From an uncultured archaeon (GTDB lineage Archaea > Thermoplasmatota > Thermoplasmata > Thermoplasmatales > Thermoplasmataceae): a stretch of 64,000 nt of DNA. Of this stretch, positions 1 through 9,725 are shown piece after piece (position 1 is the stretch's first letter; every line of letters starts with the position of its first letter). The notes beneath the pieces are model-generated. The model saw only the letters and a program-made list of their open reading frames with translations, had not been told where the DNA came from and did no database searches. The stretch spans positions 896,001 through 960,000 of the forward strand of contig CP009479.1 of NCBI GenBank assembly GCA_000965745.1. Reading direction: 5' to 3'. The position numbers and the translations under genes are program-made.

Positions 1-104
1 GTATTCTGTCTAAAATGTGTGCTGATACCCCTATATTGTACATGTTATTTCACACGTGCAGGCATATGCCCAAGCGTTATTAGCGACTTTCTGCTAGTCT
101 AATC

Positions 105-422
105 ATGGCATCACGAATGAACCAGGCTCAAATGGAAATACTTGAGGAGTACTACAGGGCAGTCGAGAAGACCGGGCTCACGGATGAGGAGCTCAGGCGC
201 TATGTCAGAAGGGAGTTCGGGGTGACCCTGTCCAAGTCATATATCCCGGACCTCAGAACCCGCCTCAAGAATGGCAAGAAGATGCGTGCCAGCCCGCACA
301 CTGCTGATTCCGCAATCGACATAACCGAGTTCCTGGCAGAACCCCTGACAGACTGGAAGCCTCCCTACTGCTCACTGCCAGAATCCAGAAATCCCCTTAA
401 TCACATTATTATCAACCACTAA
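105..422 (+). CDS. Small hypothetical protein, possible helix-turn-helix DNA-binding protein of the integrated element
   Basis: 105 aa ORF converging on the integrase; the segment TDEELRRYVRREFGVTLSKSYI resembles winged-HTH helices. Confidence 0.5.
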   Translation: MASRMNQAQMEILEEYYRAVEKTGLTDEELRRYVRREFGVTLSKSYIPDLRTRLKNGKKMRASPHTADSAIDITEFLAEPLTDWKPPYCSLPESRNPLNHIIINH

Positions 423-575
423 TTTTATAATTCACTCGTTTAGAACTGATTTAAGGCTATTGAAATAACCTACCTTGAGTATTTGTCATACGATTCTGTA
501 AGCAAACGAACCTGAATGGCAGGGTTGGATGTACTGGTATCTCAGTGGGTCACCTATCCTGAATTTGATGAGGGT

Positions 576-631
576 GTGAACCCGTGAACCAGTTTGTGAA
601 CTTTGTGAACCTTTTTCGTGAACCTGTGAAC
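576..631 (+). repeat. Six direct copies of GTGAAC
   Basis: GTGAAC starts at 576, 584, 596, 605, 618 and 626, between the 3' ends of the small ORF and the integrase. Confidence 0.85.
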
Positions 632-730
632 TGGAGCCAAAGAGAGGCAACAGGGTTGTTTTGTTGGCCTGCCTTGAGTGATTACACGTTCAGAGGGAGT
701 TTCAATCAAAATAGAGCGATTTGGAGGGTA

Positions 731-2035
731 TCAGTTGCCCTCCTTACTCAACCTCCTTCTGATTTCATCCTGGAGCGATTCAAATGACCCGGACTCCTTA
801 GCGCCCTTCAGAATTATCCTAACAAACTCTGATCTTGCTTCAGGATTATCAAGCACGGTCTCAAGCAGTTCCTTTTCGGCCCCGCTCACATTGTCAGACT
901 GTCTGAGGGTCTCAACTGTTAGGGCCTCTTTCTCCAGGAATTCCTGCAGTACAGCATGGTCCAGGGGCAGCCAGCACCTTCTGCAAACCTTTGAATTTGA
1001 AGGGTTCTCAGTTTCACACCTGGGGCACATAATGGGCCTCTCCTCTTCAAGCGGCTTATCCTCATCCTCCATTTTAACCCCATACGCACATAGAATAGCT
1101 CCATCTACGTCCTTACCAGAAAGGTGAACATAGGTCTGACTCATCTTTGATCCATGCACCCATCCCATGTGTTTTTCTAGTGGGGCTTCTCCTATCTTAC
1201 TCGCAAGCAGGGTTGCCCTTGTATGCCTGAACAGATGAGGATAGACCCTTCTTGTGATTCCTACTCTCTCGGCTGCTTTCTTCAGCATGTTCCGAACTTC
1301 AGGATAATCCATCTGGTTGTTGAAGTTCACAAGTTCGGTGAATAGCCAGGCATTCTCATCAGTACTCTTTGGGTGATTGCTCAACCAGGACCTGATATAA
1401 GCTATGCTGTTTCCAACTACCCTGACTTTCCTAAAACCAGTTTTTCCGGTCACGCTTATCATAGCCCCATATTTGTCAAACGCAAGGTCCTTAATCCTCA
1501 TTGAGAGAAGTTCCGAAATCCTGCACCCCGAATCATATAGGAGTGATATGAGTGCCTTATCTCTAGCGTTTCTGCAACCTTCCAGGAGCTTGTCAACTTC
1601 TTTTGCAGTTATGTTTGTTTCTGGTTTCTTCTCTCTGCTTTTATGTCCAACAGTGGTTTTCAACCATTCAACACACTCAGGGTACTTCCTATCATCTGTA
1701 AGGAGCCATTTATAGAACCTCTTTAGAGTAACAGAATAAGCCTGAATGGCATTATCTGAAGGTTCGTGGAGTTCCCCGCCTCCCCATCTTACCTTCGTTG
1801 TGCTAACTGTCCTAACTACCTTCTTTATGTCCTTGGTTTCCGGGTTAAGAAATTCATTTGGGATGATCTCTGCTATTTTCCTCAGTCTCAGAATATATGC
1901 GTATCTCCTTCCAGCAGATATTTTCTGAAGTGATAAGTCATCAATGAACTCAAGGATTTTCTCCTTTGAGTCTTCAGATAGACTTGATTCTGTAAGTTTC
2001 CGCCTTTCCCTCTCCAGCCCATCTTCGTAAGTCAT
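731..2035 (-). CDS. Tyrosine recombinase/integrase with C-terminal zinc ribbon
   Basis: Catalytic motifs SGCRISE (R), GKTG (K), HLFRH (HxxR), MGW (W) and TYVH (Y); C-terminal CPRC...CRRC. Confidence 0.93.
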   Translation of the reverse strand: MTYEDGLERERRKLTESSLSEDSKEKILEFIDDLSLQKISAGRRYAYILRLRKIAEIIPNEFLNPETKDIKKVVRTVSTTKVRWGGGELHEPSDNAIQAYSVTLKRFYKWLLTDDRKYPECVEWLKTTVGHKSREKKPETNITAKEVDKLLEGCRNARDKALISLLYDSGCRISELLSMRIKDLAFDKYGAMISVTGKTGFRKVRVVGNSIAYIRSWLSNHPKSTDENAWLFTELVNFNNQMDYPEVRNMLKKAAERVGITRRVYPHLFRHTRATLLASKIGEAPLEKHMGWVHGSKMSQTYVHLSGKDVDGAILCAYGVKMEDEDKPLEEERPIMCPRCETENPSNSKVCRRCWLPLDHAVLQEFLEKEALTVETLRQSDNVSGAEKELLETVLDNPEARSEFVRIILKGAKESGSFESLQDEIRRRLSKEGN

Positions 2036-2457
2036 TGTTAGATTAATTGTTGAAAGTTAATAACTGTTTTGAACCTTTATAATAGTGCACATCCCCTGCA
2101 TTCCAAATTTAGCCAGAACTGTTTTTCCATTCGATTTTTAGGCCTTGTGAAAAATAGGTGTTACCTTGTTATGATTAGAGAATACTTCAGTTGCTCCCTT
2201 TATTCCAACGCAGTTGCAATGGAATACCAGGAGTTCTATTCTGGTGCAGAGACAGGTGGTCAGGCCCAAGGCAGAGAGTGACCGAGAGCAAATCTATCTG
2301 ACCATTATTGAAGTATGTCATTTTGAATCGGTTCATTTATGGAGCGATTGAAACTCTATTCTTGCAGAAAAGGCAGTGCTACCATTGCATGCAACTTAGA
2401 AAATGAAAACAGACAATCAATCAAAGAACTGGCATAATAATGGAAATATCACATATC

Positions 2458-2910
2458 TCACTGAATCTCCCGGAATGAAGACAAAGTGAGCGTCCTTGCC
2501 ACGCCAGGTATGAGATGCATCTTATCCACTACGGACTCACCGACATCCTCGATCGATTTTGCCCTTATTTTTACAAGAATGTCATATTCGCCTGAAATTA
2601 TGTGGACTTCCTCAACGTTTCTTATTTTGGAGAGGGATTTTGCCACCTCATTCTCACTTACTCCCCGTGACGAGTCAAAAGAGATCAGGATAAACGCAGT
2701 GGTAGGAAGGCCAAGTTTGGCGTAATCTTTCCTGATCTCAAAACCCTTGATAAGACCAAGTTCAACCATCCTGTCTATTCTTGATTTTATTGTGGTCCTC
2801 GGGACATTGAGAATTCTTGAAAGCAAAGTGGGCGTGAGCCTGGAATCATCCTCAAGGTGGGCCAATATGTCTTTATCTAGATTGTCAAGTTTTATTCTAG
2901 CCGATGTCAA
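2458..2910 (-). CDS. Lrp/AsnC family transcriptional regulator
   Basis: N-terminal HTH (LDNLDKDILAHLEDDSR) and RAM domain (VHIISGEYDILVKI). Confidence 0.93.
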   Translation of the reverse strand: MTSARIKLDNLDKDILAHLEDDSRLTPTLLSRILNVPRTTIKSRIDRMVELGLIKGFEIRKDYAKLGLPTTAFILISFDSSRGVSENEVAKSLSKIRNVEEVHIISGEYDILVKIRAKSIEDVGESVVDKMHLIPGVARTLTLSSFREIQ

Positions 2911-2965
2911 TATGCCAGGAATATAATTAATTATTAATCACTTTGCGTCAAACTGACAATATACG

Positions 2966-3964
2966 TTGACTAACGGTTCTATATTAGAAATTCCTACTGG
3001 CCTCATGGCATTTGTGAACGAGATATCTCCGGAGGAGAGGGAAGGGCTTTCCAACCTTTACAGCAAGATTTCAAGTGAGAGATCAAGAAGGATTCTGCAT
3101 GTAAACTCAGAAGTGAGAAAGAGCCTTCGGGACTTTTTCATAGGGGAAGGCTTTTACGAACTGTCCCCTGTAATATTGGGACCAGTCACCGACCCTCTGA
3201 ATCACCCAGTCTCAGATGCCAGCATTAACTATTACGGCCACAAATACGGGCTTACACAGAGCATGATTTTCCACAAGCAGATTGCGTTGCTCTCATACGA
3301 GAAGCTTTTCATTTTCTCACCGAACGTCAGGCTCGAGCCGTTGGATAGGCAGGCTACCGGGAGGCATCTTGCAGAATTCTCTCAGCTCGACGTTGAAGTG
3401 AGGGACTTCTCAAAAGATGATGCAATCTCTCTTGCAGAAAGGATGTACTGCTTTGTCATAGAACAAGTCAGGAAATCCTGCGCCGAAGACCTGGAATTTT
3501 TTGGAAGAGCTCTTTCTGTTCCACACATCCCGTTCAGGAGGTATGATTACAGCCTTGCCAAGGAGAGGTACGGGGAAGAGTTTGAAGCAAGTTTATCAGA
3601 AAACCACAAGGATCCATTCTTCATTGAAAATGTAGCCCTCCTGGACAGGGAGTTTTATGACAGGGAAATGGAAGAAAGGCCGGGAATACTCAGTGACATG
3701 GACATGGTTTATCCGGAAGGCTTCGGCGAAGCACTGTCAGGTGGAGAAAGGGAATATCAGCTTGAAAGGATTATTGACAGAATAAAGAAGAAGGGCCAGA
3801 CCTTTGAGCAGTTCAAGTACTACCTGGAAGTGGCTAGAATGGGCCTTCCTAGATCAGCAGGCTTTGGGATAGGGATAGAGCGGCTTGTGAGGTATGTGCT
3901 CGGTCTCAGGAACATTGAAGACGCCACGCTGTTTCCGAAGGTCATAGGGAAGTTCAGCCTCTGA
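2966..3964 (+). CDS. asnA: Archaeal asparagine synthetase A (AspRS/AsnRS catalytic-core paralog); likely start ATG 3005
   Basis: LTQSMIFHKQ, SPNVRLE, RHLAEFSQLDVE, SGGERE and GFGIGIERL motifs; no anticodon-binding domain. Confidence 0.88.
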   Translation: MTNGSILEIPTGLMAFVNEISPEEREGLSNLYSKISSERSRRILHVNSEVRKSLRDFFIGEGFYELSPVILGPVTDPLNHPVSDASINYYGHKYGLTQSMIFHKQIALLSYEKLFIFSPNVRLEPLDRQATGRHLAEFSQLDVEVRDFSKDDAISLAERMYCFVIEQVRKSCAEDLEFFGRALSVPHIPFRRYDYSLAKERYGEEFEASLSENHKDPFFIENVALLDREFYDREMEERPGILSDMDMVYPEGFGEALSGGEREYQLERIIDRIKKKGQTFEQFKYYLEVARMGLPRSAGFGIGIERLVRYVLGLRNIEDATLFPKVIGKFSL

Positions 3965-4034
3965 ACCTCTTCGAAATATTTTCCTTTTTGTATTGTAGTA
4001 AAATATATCTACACATGAAGTAACCAAATAATGG

Positions 4035-4967
4035 ATGAAGGAGTCCATTATAAGAACAGTTGCCCTCAGACGGAACTTAAGGACTTTTCTTAAAGGATTC
4101 TTCAAAAGCACCCTCAACGATTCTCTGGTAGTAGCCATGATTGCTGGAATATTCATGATCAGCATATCCGGCACAATGCACCCGATGGAGTCAAGCGTGC
4201 TATCTCAGAATAACCATTACTATGTTACTCCGAACGTAACAAGTCAACCTGCATTTACTCTTTTCTCCAACAAAATAACATATGTGAAGTTCCAGATGCC
4301 TCAGAGCCAGGAGGTAAATTATTCACTACTTACTCTTACAGAGGAGCACGTGAAATCCAGCCTGGCAAATCCGGGAGGCATAAAGCTGGTTTGGAAACAT
4401 GTGGTGAATGGAACAGCATCTGATGGAACCATAATCGCGATACCTCCTCCGGCATGGCTTTATAATTAGAATATTGGGTACATAATTTCATCTCCCACCC
4501 ACATGATTTTCTTTGACTCCATAATAAACCACGATCCGGAAGTTGCACTGAGCTCCCTGATGCATCTTATTCTCCCTGTTGTAACACTGACGTATGCAAT
4601 TCTCGCGATGATCGTCAGAACAATGAGATCAGGGATGGTAGACGCTTCCACTCAGGAATACATACGGACTGCAAAGGCAAAGGGGGTGCCATTCAAGGCC
4701 ATTGTGAAGAAACATACCAGAAGGGACGCACTCATCCCTACCATAACAATAATGGGAATAGTGATGAGCTATCTTCTCACCGGCCTGATAGTTGTTGAGA
4801 CTATTTTTTCATACCAGGGGCTCGGTTGGCTGATGGCAGAGTCGGTTCTTCACGCTGAGATATACTCAATAATATACTCGTCCCTCCTTTTCGGGGTGTT
4901 CATAGTTATTTCAACGCTTGCAGCGGACGTTATTTATGCCTACATTGACCCACGCATAAGATACTGA
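4035..4967 (+). pseudogene. Chimeric/interrupted locus: unknown membrane-protein N-terminus joined to the C-terminal half of a DppB/OppB permease, with in-frame TAG at 4467-4469
   Basis: ORFs 4035-4469 and 4503-4967 are in the same frame, separated by one TAG. The second has HLILPVVTL, YIRTAKAKG and IDPRIRY permease motifs but lacks the permease N-terminus. Confidence 0.65.
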
Positions 4968-5192
4968 ATGAGCCGTCTCTTATTTGTTAGGGTAGCCGGT
5001 TATTAATCCGGCTTGAATAAAAAGGTATGACGTTTTTCTCGCCAGCCCGGAAAATGGGGAACTCATGCATGGGGGCGGATATCTGCACGGGTACTACCGG
5101 TCATTATCAGGACATCATGAAATACCCTCCATCCCTGGCGGGAATGAATTCAGGGGCAGAAATGGACATCACGTTGCAGGAGGCCTGAAGCT

Positions 5193-6935
5193 GTGAAAAC
5201 CGATGTAACATTCGTCCACCCTCCAAGTATTTACAACTTCAGATCGAGGAATCTACGTCCCGGGCCCATAAGTGACGTAGTACCATCGACACCTGTCTTT
5301 GAAATGTACCCCATAGGCCTCATAAGCATGCTCAACTACCTGACGACTAGGGGGTACGATGCGAGAATCAGTAATCTAGCTGTCCTTATGCTGTCATCCA
5401 GCACTTTTGACGAAGAGGCATACCTCAAGGGGCTGGATTCGGACGTTTTCGGTGTGGACCTTCACTGGCTTCCCCATGTTCATGGCGCCATAAATGTTGT
5501 TAGAACACTCAAGAGGCTCCACCCGGAATCAAAAGTTGTCCTTGGGGGGTATTCGGCTTCATATTTCGCTGAGGAGATAATGCAAACATACCCCGAAGTT
5601 GACTATGTGCTGAAGGGAGACCTCCAGGAGAGGCCCATGCTCGACCTGGTCGAATACACGCAAGGGAAGGGGGATGTAGAGGACATAGAAAATCTGCTTT
5701 ACAGGCAGAATGGTGCTGTCAAGTCAAACAAAAGGTCAAATGACCTCAAGAGAATGGATGATGTGTTCCTCAACTACGAACTTCTTCTGAAGAACGCCTT
5801 GAAATACCACGACATAAAGGGGCACCTCCCATTCCTTTCCTGGATATACAACCCAATGGCCATGACGCTTATCCAGCATGGCTGCAACATGAACTGTGCT
5901 TTCTGCGGGGGCTCGTATTATTCCTACAAGAAGAACTTCTTCCCGCATTCTCCCATAGTCCGTGATGTCAGCAGAGTGGTGGACGAGGTGGAACTGGTGC
6001 ACCAGAAACTGGGTGCCCCCATCTTCATTGCCGGAGACATAAACTACTCAGGCGAAAAATTCTATACCCGCTTCTTTAAGGAGATAAGGGAAAGGGGGAT
6101 AGACATACCATTGCTCACGGAGTACTTCACGCCTCCGGGGCTCGATTACTATCTGGAACTGAAAAAGGCATTCCCCGAGTATACTTCTGAGATTTCTCCT
6201 GAATCTTCCGTGGAGAACATAAGGGCTAGAACAGGGAAGGTGTACTCCAACAAAGACCTTGAAAAAAGCGTAAGGCATGCGGCCGAAAATGGATGCAGAA
6301 AATTTGACATATATTTCTCGATCGGTGTTCCCGGCCAGGAACCGGATGACGTCTTCGCGGATGTAAAGTACTCTGAAAAGCTCTTCAGGGACTTCCATGA
6401 CACTAGAATGCAGCTTTCTGCCTTCATATCGCCATTGACTCCATTCCTTGATCCGGGATCTCTAATATACGAATTCCCCGATAGGTACGGATACAGGATT
6501 AGGGCAACCGGGATACAGGACTATTACGATCTTCTTGATTTCGGATCAGGCTGGGAGGATTTCCTCAACTATGAGACAGACCGGATGAACAGAAAGACCA
6601 TTGAGGAGACTACATACATCGCTGCCAAGATGATGGCAGACCTGAGATTCAGGATGGAATACATAAGCGAAGCAGAACACTCAAGAATAGTAGAGAGCAT
6701 TCAGGAGTATGTTGAGGGAAAGCCTGTGGAACACAAAGGGCGCCTTGACCACCATCTGACTTACATGAGCAAGGAAATACAGTGGTCAAGGAAACACCAC
6801 CTGACGCTGTCGTCATTCATGATCTTCCTGTACCGCCAATACTACGGGCTGGAAAACTCCAGGATGGTCCGGAAACTAATTGCAGGATTTGCGGCTCCGT
6901 CCAAGAAGAAGGAAAGCACCAACGTCCAGCCTTAG
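5193..6935 (+). CDS. B12-binding domain radical SAM protein (TIGR04190/Ta0216-like)
   Basis: CNMNCAFC (CxxxCxxC) motif; N-terminal cobalamin-binding region (DLHWLPHVHG, VVLGG); GGAGG RBS at 5179-5183. Confidence 0.85.
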   Translation: MKTDVTFVHPPSIYNFRSRNLRPGPISDVVPSTPVFEMYPIGLISMLNYLTTRGYDARISNLAVLMLSSSTFDEEAYLKGLDSDVFGVDLHWLPHVHGAINVVRTLKRLHPESKVVLGGYSASYFAEEIMQTYPEVDYVLKGDLQERPMLDLVEYTQGKGDVEDIENLLYRQNGAVKSNKRSNDLKRMDDVFLNYELLLKNALKYHDIKGHLPFLSWIYNPMAMTLIQHGCNMNCAFCGGSYYSYKKNFFPHSPIVRDVSRVVDEVELVHQKLGAPIFIAGDINYSGEKFYTRFFKEIRERGIDIPLLTEYFTPPGLDYYLELKKAFPEYTSEISPESSVENIRARTGKVYSNKDLEKSVRHAAENGCRKFDIYFSIGVPGQEPDDVFADVKYSEKLFRDFHDTRMQLSAFISPLTPFLDPGSLIYEFPDRYGYRIRATGIQDYYDLLDFGSGWEDFLNYETDRMNRKTIEETTYIAAKMMADLRFRMEYISEAEHSRIVESIQEYVEGKPVEHKGRLDHHLTYMSKEIQWSRKHHLTLSSFMIFLYRQYYGLENSRMVRKLIAGFAAPSKKKESTNVQP

Positions 6936-6964
6936 TTAAGCCGGGAATATGTCCTGTCCCCCCT

Positions 6965-7432
6965 CTATTTTCTTTTGTAATTTCCCATGTAGGAAACCAC
7001 TTCTATTATTCTCCCGCCTATTTCACCGTCAAATTCTTTCCTGCTTATGCCTGCTTCAATACGCCCGGCAGGCTTAAGCGCAAAAAGCCTGAAATAATAC
7101 CTGTGGGATCTTCCGCGAGGCGGGCAAGGGCCCCCGTAGCCGATATTTCCGAAGTCGTTCTTCCCCTGCCTTGCACCCGATTCAAGTTTCCCATCAGAAG
7201 GGAGGCTGGCATCCAGGCCCCCATGGTTCAGGCCAATACTGTAAATGATCCAGTGCGTAAATGTGCCCATCGGAGCATCCGGATCATCCATTATAAGGGC
7301 AAGGGAGTCAGTTCCTTCGGGCAGATCTGACCACTCTATGGCCGGGGACCTGTCCGCTCCGTCGCAACTGAACCTTACAGGTATTTCTTCTCCATTCTCA
7401 AACCCCGCCACCACTATTTTCATGAATATCAT
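6965..7432 (-). CDS. YbhB/YbcL family (PEBP/RKIP-like) protein
   Basis: DDPDAP, FTHW, YGGPCPP and HRYYF motifs. Confidence 0.93.
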   Translation of the reverse strand: MIFMKIVVAGFENGEEIPVRFSCDGADRSPAIEWSDLPEGTDSLALIMDDPDAPMGTFTHWIIYSIGLNHGGLDASLPSDGKLESGARQGKNDFGNIGYGGPCPPRGRSHRYYFRLFALKPAGRIEAGISRKEFDGEIGGRIIEVVSYMGNYKRK

Positions 7433-7496
7433 CTAATAATGAATCGGGAGTGTTAAAAATATATGAATAAATTATACAGGGCCCTGACTTATCCGG

Positions 7497-8594
7497 TCAA
7501 TCCTCCTTCCAGCTGAATGTTATGAGAGTTGCGATGAAAATAACCACTGCGACCGCGATACTGACCACTATGTCCACAAGAGCCGCATTCATGTTTGAAT
7601 AGATCATTACCGAATTCAGGCCGTCAATTATGTAATAGAGTGGCAGTATGTGGGCAACAGTCTGGAGCCACCCGGGCATGATCGATACCGGGAAGAACGT
7701 CCCGGAGAGAAACATCATCGGGAAGGTTATGATGTTTCCAATAACTGAAGCCCCCTCCTCGGATTTAGACACAGATCCCGCAAGGATTCCCAGGCTCGTG
7801 AACATGAACACGCCAAGAAGTATGAAAGGAACCATGTATAACGTGAGGGAAACATGCGAGTGGAACAGGAAGTACCCAACCGCCACAATTTCAACAGCCG
7901 AGAGCGCTGATATTATCAGGTACCAGAAGAACTTGGAAATGAACCATTCACCCTTCGAGAGGGGCGTCAGGGATAGTTGCCTGAATATCTTGTTCTTTTT
8001 GTATGAACTAACAACAAAAGTCATTGAGAACATCGGGGAAGTCAGTATCACAAGACCGATAAGCCCCGGAATGAGATAGTCCGAGGTGTTTGTGGCCTTG
8101 AACGATACACTTGCAGTGGAAACTGATATATTTCCGCTGGCCGTTGACCCCTGGTTGTTGAAGGCCTGAACTACAAACTGTATGGCCTGCTGTGCAACCG
8201 CACTTGTTGATTGCGAGGGGTTAAAGTAGTAAGTGAGATTTACCTGCATCCCCTGGACGTAATCCTGCGAGAAACCTTGAGGTATCAGCAGGGCTGAGCT
8301 GATTGAGTTCTCGGATATGTATTTTGTAATGTTCACAGATGCAGGTATCGTCCTTATGCTCACAATATGTGTATCATTAAGGGCTGCTATGAACTGGGAA
8401 GCAAGGGTGCTGTTGCCGTCAAGATTCTGCACATAAAGCGGAGTCGGGCTTGAATTTCCTCCGGAAAAGATGGAACCGAAAATGAGCATGAACAGTAGGG
8501 GAAAAATGAATACAAAGAACAGCGCGGTCCTGCTTCTCATGTAGTTCTTGCCGTATATTTTCAGCTCAGCGACTATATTCCTGATCCTCATCAT
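7497..8594 (-). CDS. ABC-2 type exporter permease
   Basis: YLIPGLIG, FLSGTFFP and ILPLYY motifs; extracellular loop and 6 TM helices. Confidence 0.9.
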   Translation of the reverse strand: MMRIRNIVAELKIYGKNYMRSRTALFFVFIFPLLFMLIFGSIFSGGNSSPTPLYVQNLDGNSTLASQFIAALNDTHIVSIRTIPASVNITKYISENSISSALLIPQGFSQDYVQGMQVNLTYYFNPSQSTSAVAQQAIQFVVQAFNNQGSTASGNISVSTASVSFKATNTSDYLIPGLIGLVILTSPMFSMTFVVSSYKKNKIFRQLSLTPLSKGEWFISKFFWYLIISALSAVEIVAVGYFLFHSHVSLTLYMVPFILLGVFMFTSLGILAGSVSKSEEGASVIGNIITFPMMFLSGTFFPVSIMPGWLQTVAHILPLYYIIDGLNSVMIYSNMNAALVDIVVSIAVAVVIFIATLITFSWKED

Positions 8595-9508
8595 TCTTCC
8601 TCCTTTCCTACCAGGTCTACGAATATGTCTTCAAGGGTGTCCTCCCTCAGCTGAAGGGTGCTTATCGGTATGTTGTTCCTGTCAACGAATGATAGAATAT
8701 CGATCACATCGCTGTTGCTGTTGACATGGGCAGATATGAGGCCGTTTTCCAGGGTGGACTCAAGCTTCAGCTCTTTTCCAATGTATTCTGAAAGTTTTTC
8801 GTCTCTGCTTACAAGAAGGCGCTTCCCTTTTCCCATCTTTTCTATTATCTCCTTTGGAGTCCCCTCCACAATCATTTTTCCGCGTGACACTATTCCGACC
8901 CTGTCTGCCAGCATTTCTGCTTCTTCAAGGTAGTGTGTTGTGAGAATGATCGTCCTCCCCTCTTCCTTCAACTGCCTTATGAGTTTCCAGATTCTTCTTC
9001 TTGCCCTGGGATCAAGCCCCGTAGTGGGCTCATCGAGAAATACTACCTTTGGATTGTTGACAAGGGCGAGGCATATTCCAAGCTTCTGCTTCTGCCCTCC
9101 TGAAAGGTTCTGGAAATAAACATTCCTGACATCATCCAGTTCAACAAGTTCAAGAAGCTCTTTGCTCCTGTCCGCAACTCCAAAGATTGTGCAATAGAAC
9201 CTGATGGCCTCCTCAGGGTTTATACGCTCAACGAACCTGAAGTCCTGCGGCATTATCCCGACCGTTTGCCGTATATCAGCCTGTGAATGCCATGGATCCA
9301 TTCCCAGGACCCTGACCCGGCCGCCATCGGGCTTTCTCAACCCCTCAACTATTTCCACCGTTGTGGTTTTGCCGGCACCGTTTGGGCCGAGAAGGCTGTA
9401 GACCTCTCCTTCATATACCTTGAATGAAAGGCCGTCCACTGCTTTTATGCTCCCATAACTCTTTCGCAGGTTTTCCACCAGAATTGTGACGCCGTCCCCG
9501 TTCATCAA
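8591..9508 (-). CDS. ABC exporter ATP-binding protein
   Basis: GPNGAGKT, LSGGQ, LDEPT and TTH motifs. Confidence 0.95.
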   Translation of the reverse strand: MMNGDGVTILVENLRKSYGSIKAVDGLSFKVYEGEVYSLLGPNGAGKTTTVEIVEGLRKPDGGRVRVLGMDPWHSQADIRQTVGIMPQDFRFVERINPEEAIRFYCTIFGVADRSKELLELVELDDVRNVYFQNLSGGQKQKLGICLALVNNPKVVFLDEPTTGLDPRARRRIWKLIRQLKEEGRTIILTTHYLEEAEMLADRVGIVSRGKMIVEGTPKEIIEKMGKGKRLLVSRDEKLSEYIGKELKLESTLENGLISAHVNSNSDVIDILSFVDRNNIPISTLQLREDTLEDIFVDLVGKEEE

Positions 9509-9725
9509 AGAAGCAACTCCACAGAGTCAGATTTTCCCCTATTGCAAGATTCAACCAAGAAAAGACATGATGCCAAAGACACTTGGAACTACCTATTAGT
9601 GTAAAGAATGAATGGCTATATAAGATATGCAGGAAACTTATTAGGCATCCGGGAGCAGATTGCCCCGAGACTGATCGGGCACTTGAAACCAACCCAATTG
9701 TTATGTCCTTGGCAGCCATCCACAT

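Larger units (their letters stand above)
1..2035. mobile_element. Probable terminal segment of an integrated element extending beyond the left edge
   Basis: Integrase, an orphan small ORF and a repeat array sit next to housekeeping genes; no att site was identified. Confidence 0.5.

Noticed and set aside
576-631. GTGAAC array as a CRISPR array, or ORF 584-787 as a gene
   Set aside because: Units are 6 bp with 2-7 bp gaps and there are no cas genes; the ORF's FVN repeats are a by-product of the DNA repeat.
4467-4469. Pyrrolysine or amber read-through
   Set aside because: No pyl genes or methylamine methyltransferases in the window, other genes end normally at TAG, and the product would be a chimera lacking the permease N-terminus.
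5020-5190. Cobalamin riboswitch before the B12 radical SAM gene
   Set aside because: GGGAA-like words are present, but the GCCCCCGC-ACTG and AGYCAGRAGACC B12-box elements are missing.
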